From Trichinella spiralis (taxonomy: Eukaryota): a stretch of DNA of 58,364 bases. Under the pieces are notes generated by a model that made no database searches, was not told the DNA's origin, and saw only the letters and a list, made by a program, of their open reading frames with translations. Of this stretch, positions 24,643 to 36,660 are shown one piece after another (the stretch's first letter is position 1; each line of letters starts with the position of its first letter). The DNA lies in NCBI RefSeq assembly GCF_000181795.1, contig NW_003526943.1, forward strand, positions 3,625,150 through 3,683,513. Direction: 5' to 3'. The translations under genes and the position numbers were made by a program.

Positions 24643-27023
24643 TCAACCAATTCTGCGCTTGACATCGACCGTAGCGAATTTCGGTTTCAGCTTTATCCGC
24701 GAAGGTCTCTTTTGAACATTTTCAGAATCCGACGAATCCACTGCTTCTTCAGCTTCTTCGGCTTGTTTCACTTTTTCAACTATATCTGATACTGGAGTTG
24801 TCGCTTCTTCAACTTTCTGCAATTTCTCTTCAAGTTGATCACTCGCGAAAGCGCAAAGGGCTGTTTCGGGTGCAGATTGAACAGGAGAAGAAACATCTTC
24901 AAAATTATCCTCTTCCATCAACACTTCGTAGTTGATCTTTTTCGACAAACGTTTCTCAAACACCATCCGCTTTATAGCTTCACCGGGTGTGGCCGCTGTG
25001 CCTTCTTCGCCTCTTTTTCTGAAATTTCTTCGACCCTTACTTCCCTCTTCTTTTTCTTGCTCTTTCAACAACTTTCGCTTTTCGTACTCTTCCATAAATT
25101 CACCGTTCACTCTGATCCACAGTTTGGTCTTCAACGCCGCTTCTTCCGGAGTCAGCAAATATCCGTCCAGCTCGTCGTCATCCAAATCATCAAGCGTGTT
25201 CAGTTCGCTGGCATCGGTTTGCTGTGGCTCCAACGTCGAATCGACCGGTCCCTCATCTTCCATGCTGGTCATTTCAGAAGATGATGATGGTATTATATCC
25301 GACCACGATGGCAGCGACATCGACGACGCTTCAGCCGCTTCCCATTCTGACAACCGACTGGCGGTAGAAGATTCTTCGGGATAATCGACCGAAGCAACTT
25401 CATTCGTCACACTGTCTTTGACGGCAGTCTGCTGTTCGTCGTCTGACGACCAACTCGACGCACCGTAACGACTACGCACTTTCTGCTTCAACGCTAATTG
25501 CACCTTTTTCTCCGTTTCCCGAAGTTCCTCGTCAAACGGCTTCAGCTTTTCTTCCAACAATTTCTGAAATGAATTTATTGAAAAATCACAAATCAAACTG
25601 AAATATAATTCAAAGGAAAAAACAAACACTTCAATATAATAATAAAGCATACTTTCATTTCTTCTTTTTCCATGTTTTTCGTAAATGACGGTGGATCGCA
25701 CTGTTCAAGAATTTCAAATTTGCAAAACTCGTCCAACGTAAATGATGCAGAAGGGGTAAGACAAAATTCATCCAGACGCTTGCGCAACACCCCTGCACCG
25801 ATGTGAACAACACGAACCACATTTTCGATTGTCCTAAACGCTTTCATTCAAATATCACGTCCATTCACCAAGATTTACAAATAATTTTCAACACTATATA
25901 CCAACTATTTCATTCAACAAACAAAATTAACATACACACACTACATAATAAGCATTTTATCCTTATTGAATTTACCCACTGATTTGGAAATTTTCTGCAG
26001 CAAATTTGGAAAAATTATATTCAAATTTATCAAGTTTACATACTCTTTTTAATAATCTATAAGAACTTTTAATTCAAACGAGAGAACATTCGAACATAAT
26101 GTTCTAAAAAACAAAAGAATTGTAAAATAACTTTTCAATAACCGAGATATTTTCAAATTTTAAAATAAAAATACCGATTAAATCCATAATAACGTGCAGC
26201 TATAATAAGTGCTGCTCCGCACAGACCAGCTGGCCGTCGTCCATACGTCATCCAGTCGTTCTTCATTCTCTGAATCAAACGCAAAGCGAGATGTATCACC
26301 TGTTAATAAGAACATCAGAATTTAAAATGCAATTAATATACTCCAATTAAAAATAATACATTATGTTTGTGTAACCTGATTTTCTTTGTCCCCGAACCGT
26401 AGTTTCTGCGCAAAGCGGAGCACGTAAATGCAAGGATCCGTTGGTGGCAACTTCAAATGCATTTCACGAGCAAGGAAGCTAAAAGTGCGACCAAGAGTGA
26501 AGACATTCACTTCAGCCACGTCACTGAAATCGATCAACATCTGCGGCACGGCATTAAGACGGCATGAAATATATAACAAAGATGGAATGACGTGAGACGA
26601 TTTTCGCCCTCGAGTCAAACTTCTCCCATGCGCAATTTTGTAAAATCTGAATCCTGCTTCAGTAACTGCTTGGGATAACTGCAACTGGCTAGCCACGTTT
26701 TCCATATGTTTTCGCACTTTGATGTACGTCAGTTCAGTTGATGACAGACTATTCATATTCTATTATTTTTTATTTCAATGAACAAAAACGTGAAATGCAC
26801 AAAACTGTAGACTTACTTTCATTCCAGTCAAGCTTATCGAACTACCATCCTTATGAATAAACTGGCCCAATAAAACCGACCGACCACCAGCAGTTTCATA
26901 AAATTCCACCTCGGAAACAATTGTATTTTCGCTAATTACGTGACCACAATTTCCACAAACATTGTTTCCCACTGTGCTGTCTTCCACCAACTCTCTGCCA
27001 CCACATTCTGGACAAGTACTCAT
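24643..27023 (-). CDS. BRF1: Transcription factor IIIB 90 kDa subunit BRF1
   Basis: Zn ribbon CPECG...[17 protein letters not shown], cyclin repeats (TRGRK..., [37 protein letters not shown]), CDPPSF, and the C-terminal [13 protein letters not shown]...KTKLW and KRLSKKINY blocks. Five exons. Confidence 0.96.
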
Positions 27024-28183
27024 GGCTACGTTTCGAAAAATCGCAATTCTACAAAAGTAAATTCGTCACAACGCGTAACAAATATTGTATTGCACTAGTG
27101 TATATAAATATACACAATTGCATGCTTCAAACAACAAGCATTAAATTAAAACCTCTTTTAATATTTCTGTTCATCAAAATTTCCTATAATACACTTACAC
27201 GGATAAAAAATAACAATAAAAATATCGATCTTAGTCAAAAAATAAGCTAAACCAGTCACAATACGATAACAATGCTGAAGTGCAGACATCACTAAATAAA
27301 TGCAGAAAAATCATGCAAATAATGCAAAAAAATTTACAGCTGAAGCACACTTAACAATACAGAAAACAACGTGAAACCCTAAAAAAATTAAACTGCATTG
27401 TTAACAAACATTTGCTATAAATATTATTCAAAATTAATATTTAAATAATTCAGATACATGTACGGTACTAAAAAAAATTTCAACTGTAAAAATTATTCTA
27501 CTACTTAATACTAAATTCTAACATTTCTACATACATAACACTTTAGAAAATCATAAAAACTGAAGCAGTTTTATGGCAATTACAATAACACTAACTACAA
27601 AACTTAATGATGATAAAGTACAAATGATTTGTATCATCACCATAAACATTTGTTTTAAAAACTTAAATATTATAAAAATAAGATTACCTTAAACAAGCTA
27701 TAAAATAAAGTATGCAAAATAAATATATTTTTAAAATTTCGAAATACGCACTTTTTGGTAAGAAAAAGATTTTTCTTGAGATTAAATATGCCTGAGTATT
27801 AAGTATTAAAGATTAAAAACTATAAATCACGTAATATATTTGCATTTATACGTTACTCGCCTGTTAAAAATATTCTTTATCGCAGCAAGTCATGCATATG
27901 TATGTATAGGCGTTTGTGTGGATGCAAAGATACAGGAGTATGTACAAAGCAGTGCTGTGGTCAAATCAGCTGGAAAATTTTGAAGTCCTTAATTCAATAA
28001 TAGTGTTTTAAAATATGAATTTCACATTTAAAAAATAACTGTAATTTTTAAACAATATGGTTGATATGCCATATGACGATTCGCTGTGCGTCGTAAGTTT
28101 TTATTACATGATTATCTCTATTGTTACAGTATTTACAGAAGGAAATACATTAAGTACTTCTGAATTTTTTGTTAGATATAATA

Positions 28184-29660
28184 ATGGCAGTGTGTATTGA
28201 GAATTTACGAATACATTACAAAACTTTGGTTGATGAATGGGACAAGAAAAGAGAGCAGAGAGATTTGAATAAACTGCGATCAACAGTGGAGCAGCTGAAG
28301 GTTATTTAGTATTTTTTTGATTAGAAATGTTCATTCTACATTTTAGACTGCTTTTATTGAAGTCAGCTTTTTACCTACGTCCAAATCCCATGATTTGAAA
28401 GATGAAATATTTGTGATGCAGCGTATGTATTATTTGTATTAAAATATCTTTGTATTGCATCTTTGTGGTGTTGTTTTTATTTTTTTTTTGCATTGTTAAT
28501 TGTGAGCTTCATTTAATAAGAAATTTTTAGGACATACTTTGGAAATAAGTGTGCTGCTATCCGTTTTAGAAGAGAATGCGGACAATTTTGAGCGCAGTAT
28601 GCTTCAGTTGAAACATTATTATGCGGATAAAACGTAAAAATTAAAAACTTTTCTTGTTTTTGTTCATAGTTATATGAAAACTTTTAGAAAGGCACACAGT
28701 AACATTTCCCGTTCTCCCGTAATGTGTGAAATGCTTGGTTTGAATTTAATGTATTTGCTGTCTTCAAATAATCTTTCTCAATTTCATGAGGTATTTATTT
28801 CGTTTCAATGTTTTTAATAATAACAGTGAATGATATATAATTTATTTATTCTTTATGATAATGACTTGTTTATTTTGAATAGTTGAAAAAGAGAAAAGTT
28901 TTAAGCTTAACTTGAAATTTACTTAAATAATTTACAAACTTGAAAAGTGAGTTTAGTAATTATTGAATACCGCGAGGATAATAAATGTAGATTTTTCTGT
29001 TGTTATATTTACTGATATTATTTTTTATTAGGAACTTGCTCGCATTGATTTGGAAGTGGCACAAAATAACATATACATTCATTTTCCGGTAAAACTACAA
29101 GAATGTATTATTGTTGGGGCATACAGCAAGGTGCAGTGATTTTTTTAGCTCATCATTATTTAATTTAGTTTTCGTTTTAGCTGTTTTTATCAAAGGAAAG
29201 TCCTCCTTCTCCGTACTATGCTTATTTCATAGAAACATTGTTGTGCAGTGCTAGGTAATACTGAAAACTTTGATGCAGAATATGTATTCTAGTTTTTTAT
29301 TTACAGAAGTTTTTGATTATGAATGTGAAAATTAATTTTTTCAGGGAAGCAATAGCGAAAAGCTTGGAACGAGCATATCGAACTGTGAGTAAAAAGAGTG
29401 CGCAGAAATTGCTGTTGTTTAGTGGTCCTGAAGCTGAGTCTCGTCTCGACTGCTACGCTGTTCAGGTAAACAGCTTTTAGGCGTATTTAATTGTTTTAAC
29501 TTCAACATACATTTTTCAGAAAGGCTGGAAGATGAATGAAGCACGAAATGCATTTATATTCGATGTGGATGAGTCATACGTAAAGGATCGAACTGTCGAC
29601 TGTGAGAGTTTAATGGACAAACAGTTTGGTTATGCTAAGCAATTGGACATGATTGTTTAA
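28184..29660 (+). CDS. PSMD8: 26S proteasome non-ATPase regulatory subunit 8 (RPN12)
   Basis: Not in the ORF track. Spliced product MAVCIENL...EW...|...FLPT...|RHTLEI...FERSMLQLKHYY...|MLGLNLMYLLSSNNLSQFHE|ELARID...NNIYIHFPVKLQ...GAYSK|LFL...PSPYYAYFIETL...R|EAIAKSLERAY...|KGW...YAKQLDMIV*. These are hallmark RPN12 motifs. Confidence 0.92.
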
Positions 29661-29816
29661 TACATTAATTTAATTCAATTTATACAAAGTTTATTTTCTG
29701 GAAATTTATTTTTCTGTCATTTAGTTAGAATATTATTAATTAAAACTTATTTCGGAAAAAATGAAATCTCTGTTGGATGCAAAAACGCTGTTTATTGAAA
29801 AAAAAATAATTACTGG

Positions 29817-32151
29817 CTATTTGAGATAATTTATCAATAAACAAATGAAAAGAGTGAATAGAGAAATAGTGAATCGAGACCCTGTTAAAGTGCAATAAGG
29901 TAAATAGACTCTCGTCTGACGTTGAGCTGCTTCACGTACATGTTGCCATGCATCTTCACCACACTGACCTTGTACTGGATACTTTATGCAGGTAATGAAA
30001 TCTTGAAGGGCCCTTTAAAATTGAAGATACAAATGATTTTGAAATTGAAATTGAAAATTATTACAAAAATCACCTGCAAGAATTGATATCTGTTGGATTA
30101 AAGTAAAGCGACTCTTGAGGTTGGTTGAGAAATACTTGACTATCTTTGAGCATACGGTTTTCACAATCCGCCACTTCGCCTCTGGTAAGCACTCGAATCA
30201 AACAATCCCAGTTGTTGAGCATTCCTTGAACAGCAATTTTGTGCACTTTATTCTTTTGAAACAAACAAATTGAAAATGATAATGACAAAATTTTACCATA
30301 AAATCCATCGAGACATGAAAATGCAAGCGCTTCAGTGGCGACAGCGAATTCACCTTTTATTGGTTCAGTAAACCAGCACTGGCGTTTGTAAGGGGCAATA
30401 CACTGTTCAAAGCGACGATAAGCACTAGAGAGAAAGTTTAAAAATTAGTTTCTACTTTTAGAAGCAATAATTCATTTCATAAATATATGTATATTATTTT
30501 ATAATAATTTTCAATTATTATTGAAATAGATGATTGAGTAGAATTCAATTCAATGTCAAAATGAAGAAAATTATTATTTATTACTTGCACATTTGGATGA
30601 AGTATTCTTTGGACGTTCGTCTCAAGTGATCCCATATCAAAGCCGTATTTGCCGGAGTATCACCCAGTGCACCCAGTTGTTTCAGTTCTATGGCGCATTG
30701 TCGAATGTACTGCTGATGTTGAGGCAAGCAGGCGCCGTAAAGCATTTCGTATTGGCTGTTGGCAATTTGCCAAAGCCCAACTTATAGAAAGAAGCAAAAT
30801 TATTCATCAGGAAAAAATGTAAATTCATTTTTTGAGCTTTAATAGCAAAATGAAAAGAAAAAGTGATCCAGTGAAACTGTCGCATATTCCGGAAATATAT
30901 TCATTCCAGCGTGAAACCTCTTGCTGACTCACTGAACAATGATGATGGCAAAGCAGAAAAATACGCCTGCAAACCACACATACACACACGCATACTGCTC
31001 CAAAAGGACTATTGTCATCATGTAAACCTGTTTTCAAATTATGCAGAATACCAACCACCTCATTCTATATGCTTTTCTCGTCATATTATTTTTTTAATTT
31101 CCTTCTTTTGCACAATTGAATGCTTCTTAAAATAAAACATTCTCTCTTCCAGCACTTTTACTTTTCCACTTTAAATACATTTGAAAAATAATATCTTTTT
31201 TTTAAAGTTAACTTCAAATCTCCAAAAAATTTACACAATTTGCATTGCAATGCAATACAAACAAACAATAATATTTCACCTGCCGCAAAAAGCAACATCG
31301 ATTATTCACATTACTTTTCAGATTTATAGATTTTGGAAAGCGAATTATTAAATAAAATAATTATAAAGTTAAAGCATCCTAAATGCAAACAGAGCAGCAA
31401 AATTAAAACATATTTATTCATATAGGTCAACTAAACGAAACGCATTGTTGATTTAACAGATGATCGATGACAGTTATGCTTTCACTGATATCTGTGGAAA
31501 TGATAATTGTTCATTTCAAATTTGTCCAATTTATTATTTATAAACAAACAAAAAAATCAAATTTTAATAAATGATTACAAGATATTTTTTCAACAGACAA
31601 ATTGTAGGCAATTTAATTGATCAAATTACCAGAATTGTTGTTTCTAACAAATGAATAAATGGAAACAGTTTACGCAAAAAGTACTACTTTTACTTTCAAT
31701 TTATTCAATAGAACAGACGTGAGAAAGAAAAAAATTTTCAAATCAAGTTATGATTGAATTGACTTCCAAAAACAGCAACTCTAAAAATTATCACAACAAA
31801 TTTTTTTTTCTAAAGCTGTATTATTTTGGAATAACACGTTACAGATATAGTAGAGTTAAATTTTAAATTTAATACATTAAATAATAAATGCATACATGTT
31901 TTGTGTAAGCTTCAGTCATATGAATTTGTTTTAGAAAAAGTTATTACATATAAATTGCAAAAGAGTGATTGGTTGGATAGTTTAATATTCATTCGATGCG
32001 AGACTACTTTAAATTCAAAGTTAGCAATCAAAATTTAGTGTGTAATTTTATGCAAAACAGTTTGCATTTCAAGTGGAAACAAAAGCGGATACGAAAAGAG
32101 CCATAAAGGAAAATTATGCATACCGAAAAGTATCAGTCGAAGAAACATCAT
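29817..32151 (-). CDS. Secreted, probably GPI-anchored cysteine-rich protein (DUF19/CPG4-like helical domain)
   Basis: Exons 32151-32124, ~30780-30585, ~30425-30297, ~30253-30074 and 30012-29817. Signal peptide MMFLRLILFVGLWQIANS; spaced Cys motifs (MCK.LY..FEQCI....QC, FSC, WDC, SCRALQDFITCI...V.GQCGEDA); C-terminal TGS followed by a hydrophobic tail FTISLFTLFICLLINYLK*. Confidence 0.72.
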
Positions 32152-34397
32152 GGGTGTGGCGAGCAAAGGTGAGTGGTTTACAAAAATGTTGAGAGTTAAA
32201 GCTTAGCAACAACAGTGAACTGTTTGCATATACATGTGTTCGCTTGGAATGGTACAGCCGTGGGACAGAACACTCTCACCACGACAATCCGTCGCTTGGA
32301 GCAGAACAACAGTTTGATGATGATGGTGGTGGTGATTGTTTCGAGCCTCACTCTGTCTCTCTGTGATGAGGGGAACAAGCTTGTTGTTTTCAACCAGACG
32401 GCTGCATTGTTTCGCTGAACCAGACGACTTTCAACATCCCGTGACAATACAACCCCAAAAGCGGTCCTCTGCCCGGTTCTTGCCCACACTGGAAAACCGG
32501 GCATCCCATCCGTTCGACCAATTCGGCCCATTGTTCTGCGGCCATGTTTTACGCCGGTTTAGTTTACAATCACTAAATAAATACCACTGGAATGACGTTT
32601 TTATTCAACAATTAATTCCAACAATACTGTGTTTGTAAAATATTAAAATACGAAACTAACTGCTAATGGAAAAATAGTAGTAAAACAGTTTTTTCATGAT
32701 TCATCATTTTTTAATAATCTTACTGTAGTTTTGTTTGTCAAAAAACAAACTTTATTTGAAAATTTTTACCGTAATCATTTTATTGGTATGGTTTATTTTT
32801 TTTATAATTGAACAAATTAATTTTACTAATTTTTCATCTGAATTAATGTAAATATTATAATTTTAATTGACCAACATTTTAATTCTAAATAAGTTCAATA
32901 TGAGGACAAATTTATTTCCAGAGATTCAATGATGAAGAAGATAAATTTAAGCATACTGTAAACAATAAGAAAGAAATATCGTTCGTGAGAAAAAATTTTT
33001 GATGAAAATTTCACTTTAAACAAAAATTACAGAGAATTACAAGGGCAAATTTTATTTTTTTTATAAATCATGTTTGTGATACCAAAACTTCATGTCTTCA
33101 ATACTCGAAGGGTGATAAACAAAAGCGCAAAAAATATGAAACTTTCTTATATATAATTATTAGAAAATGGAAAGTTTTTGAACAAAAAATTGGTGGGATA
33201 AATTTTTTTTATAAATACAAGGTAAAGTAGCAAAGTGGTTGATGTGTTTTGGTATTGATCTTTGACGATGAGTTTGTAAATTTTTCGCATTTATGTTGAT
33301 GTTTATGATATGTATCAAAAAAGAAATTTATTTTCCAGTGTTGAATATAATTGAAAAGTACATTTTCAGAACAATTTGAAACTATTTATTTATTTATTAA
33401 ACTGTTTTTTTCCAATCATGTTTTTCTACAACAACCGTATCTACCTTTGTTATCGTTCAATTATTGTTAAATTGATGAATTTTTGAATGGATTTTTTTCA
33501 CCTGAAGATAAAATTTTTCAGCTTCAGATTTATTTTGAAGGTTGTTTCAATTCAATTATTTCGTTTAACTTTTCGTCTTGGTCAATAGTAGAAAATAAAA
33601 AGTTTGTTTCAGTTCAGTGAAAAAATAATAATAAATTTACAAAACTTTAAAAAAATATAATTTGATACAAAGCTTTGATAAAATTGATTTCAACTCACAA
33701 AGTGATTTATAAAAGAAAATGGCGTTTTGAAAAAAAAGAAATAATTTTATCACGTAACGAAAAGCGTTTGTTTGTTCGTTCATCAGCGCTGCTTTTCAAA
33801 CACATTCGAATGCAAATGTAGAAGAGAAATTTTGCATAGATATCGAAATTTTATGTGGCTCAATTTATGTGAAATTATTCTTCAACAGTTGTTGAGAAAG
33901 TGATAGTGAAAGAAGCGACGAAGCAATTTTTTCTGAAAAAAAATTTAGCACTGTCATTATTTTTTAAAAAATTTATGAAAATTTGATCAAAGAAAAATAA
34001 TGAAAGAAAATACAGTATCTGAATGAAACACTTGAAAATACTTATGGATGAAAACAATATTTCTCGATATGTTGCTCATTTCTAATTTATTCGAATTCAG
34101 TTGAAATTATATAACTGTAAATTAATATTTGAATATAATGCCAATGCATAACTTTCGGCTACTAGAACAGCAAATTAAAATTAGCGTACGTTCGGCTTTA
34201 TTTTTCTTTTTTTCTCTCTCAAGTAAAGTTAATAACGGTAGTTAGTTGGTATTTTGTTATTTGTATATTGTTTTTTTTTAATTTTTAAATATTAGTAGAA
34301 TAAATAAAACATTTAGATAAAAAAAACAAAAATATTTATTGCTATTGTTCAAAAAGTTGATAAGTTAATTTTTTCCCATATAAATAAATGAATAGTT

Positions 34398-34449
34398 TGT
34401 GTGTGTGTGTGTGTGAACGAATCATAAATAATAATAATAATAATAATAA
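34398..34449. repeat. Adjacent (GT)n and (AAT)n microsatellites
   Basis: TGTGTGTGTGTGTGTG followed about 12 bp later by (AAT)7. Confidence 0.8.
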
Positions 34450-34895
34450 GGATGATGATAATTTTAATTTTCAGTTGGTTATGTTTTTGCGAACAGTATG
34501 CTAATTAGAAGATTAAATAATTGTAGTTTAGTTTGATATTAATGTTCGATTAGTCGATTGTCCATTGCCACCCAGAGCGGTGATAAGCCCCCCCTGTGGC
34601 CAGTGAAATTTGCTCAGCAGACGATGTTCGCCCGGTGGCGCCCGGTTGGCCTTTTTCCGCAAATCGTCAGAAAAGATTTCCCTACATAGGTGAACAATTT
34701 TTCCGGAAAGCCGCCGACCCGCGCGTTCAGCTTTAATAAGAGAAAATCGTATTAGTGAGCCGCAGGCACAGTTGTACGACTGGCCACATTGCGTCCTGTA
34801 GTTTACATATGTCGATTGTTCACAAAGCGATTTTGCCATCCCACTGGTACGGTGCTCGTGTAAATTTCGTCGGATAATTTTAATTAGTCGGTGTA

Positions 34896-36059
34896 ATGGA
34901 ATTGCCGGTTCGTTGGATCAATTGGGAAATGAACGAAAAGCCACAACAACAACAACAACCACAGCTTGAACAGCAACAAAATAATGACGAAGGTGTATTT
35001 TTGAATTCAAGTACAGATTCGGTACAGAATACCGAAAGTGATCACGATTATACGGTATCTTCTTCGCCGGTCCCAAGCGTACCACAGCCCCAAACTGTAG
35101 CGATTAATGGACGTAGCCTGCTTTATGTTGGTCAAGAATTTTCGAGTATGGCTGAATTTTTGTCAGTTTTCGAACGGTGGAAGGGGGAAAATTACCATCC
35201 GTTCCGTGTTGCCAGTTCGGAAACGTTGAGAAAACAAGACGGTAGCATCGACGAAACATTCAAATACCGTTACGTGGTCTACCACTGCGCCTACTACGGT
35301 CAGCCGAGAAAGCGAGGTAAACATTCTTATCACTTCTCTTATTCTCCTTCTCTGTTATTACATTTCTGCATAATAATACCAGTACCAATGAATTATAATT
35401 TGAAAAAAAAAAGATTGACCATATTTATTTATTTAATCAACAATTTTATAGAAAAATTATATTGTTGAATGTTTTCTTTTTTGAAATTATTTATTTAACA
35501 TACACATATATTCGATTTAGGCTTGGGTAAACGTAGTATTGAGAATCACTTGCCCCGTGGTTGTCGTGCCAAACTGCGGCTCAACTACATCTGGACGGCG
35601 AACGTGATGCGCGTAACTTCTCTCACCGACGAACACAACGGTCACTGCCTGACTCCTGAAGTTTACAAGTGGTTCTGTATGAGAAAAAGTCGTCGGTCTT
35701 CATCCAAAATTATCCAAACCAGTGAAAAGGGAGAAATTTGCATAAAAGAGGAACCGACCACCGACGAATCCCAGTACGAATTCGAATGTCCAAGCAGCAG
35801 TTGCAACGGCAGCGAATTCAGTGCCGAGATCAACAACTGGCCGGATGAGGGTGTCGAAGAGGGAAAAAGTGAAGAAAATGGCACGTTGGAAAGTACTGTC
35901 GAAGACGACCGAACCGACGACCAGCGATTCGAATCCATACATGTCGTTTTGCAGGGTCTTTGTGACCATTTGATCAATATGAAAGGCGCCATGTTCGATG
36001 CACATTTGGAACAGCTGAATGTGCTCATGCAAAAATGGAAACAAATGGATTCGGATTAA
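34896..36059 (+). CDS. ZSWIM3-N/FAR1-like (WRKY-GCM1 fold, MULE-transposase-derived) zinc-binding protein, 2 exons
   Basis: Exons 34896-35316 and 35521-36059 (GT-AG, phase 1) join LYVGQEFSS..EF...FKYRYVVYHCAYYGQPRKRG|LGKR...GCRAKLRL...HNGH, giving a C-C-H-H motif as in the N-termini of ZSWIM3/ZSWIM9. No DDE or SWIM domain follows. Confidence 0.8.
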
Positions 36060-36576
36060 AATTATACAAAACTGGACGAACAACACCAAGTATGGCAGAA
36101 AAAAAAGAAAACTTCGCAGAATATTTAAATAAATAAATTTTCTTTTTCTACTACATTCATTATTTATTATTCCATTGCTTGTTTCATGTTATATCACTGT
36201 TTAAAATAATTTCGTTTACTTTTGGTACCTTTCAGAAAAATATACCTGCGTAACTCTTGTGTTTCACTTTTATTCCGGTCAGAATCAAATTTATCGTTTA
36301 CGCTGATAGTATTAAAATTCAATTCATTGCATTATTGAAATTATTTCCAAAACTTGTACAACTGAGATAAATAAATTCATTATTGATTCAATCAAACTCA
36401 TACTCAGTGATGGATGATGATTTATTTCACTTGATTTTACCAGTAAAATAACATCATATACAACAATTTTATTCAATCTTCGTAACTGATAATATTTTTT
36501 TCAACACAAATTTGGAATTTTATTATCAGTCAATAATTTCTTACTACATATTATATGATAAGAGAAATTGTCCCAA

Positions 36577-36660
36577 GACGGGATGGCCGAGCGGTCTAAG
36601 GCGCTGCGTTAAGGTCGCAGTCCACTCACGTGGGCGTGGGTTCGAATCCCACTTCCGTCA
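36577..36660 (+). tRNA. tRNA-Leu, anticodon AAG
   Basis: Acceptor stem GACGGGA/TTCCGTC + discriminator A; D-arm with A-box TGGCCGAGCGG; anticodon arm CTGCG-TTAAGGT-CGCAG; long variable arm; T-arm with B-box GGTTCGAATCC. A T6 Pol III terminator lies 3 nt downstream. Confidence 0.97.

Noticed and set aside
24835..25384. 149- and 150-aa plus-strand ORFs
   Set aside because: Antisense to the large last exon of BRF1, with no independent motifs.
28057..28092. Upstream ATG exon (MVDMPYDDSLCV) as the RPN12 start
   Set aside because: Splicing to the 28176 acceptor gives an immediate in-frame stop. It is more likely 5' UTR/uORF, so the ATG at 28184 was used.
29817..30782. Cys-rich exons first considered as a TGF-beta or cystine-knot ligand
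   Set aside because: No CxGxC, CC or CxC knot pattern. The spacing and hydrophobic tail fit a helical DUF19-like GPI protein.
32196..32638. Three overlapping ORFs in a GC-richer block
   Set aside because: No domain signal; the position fits the 5' UTR or promoter of the GPI-protein gene.
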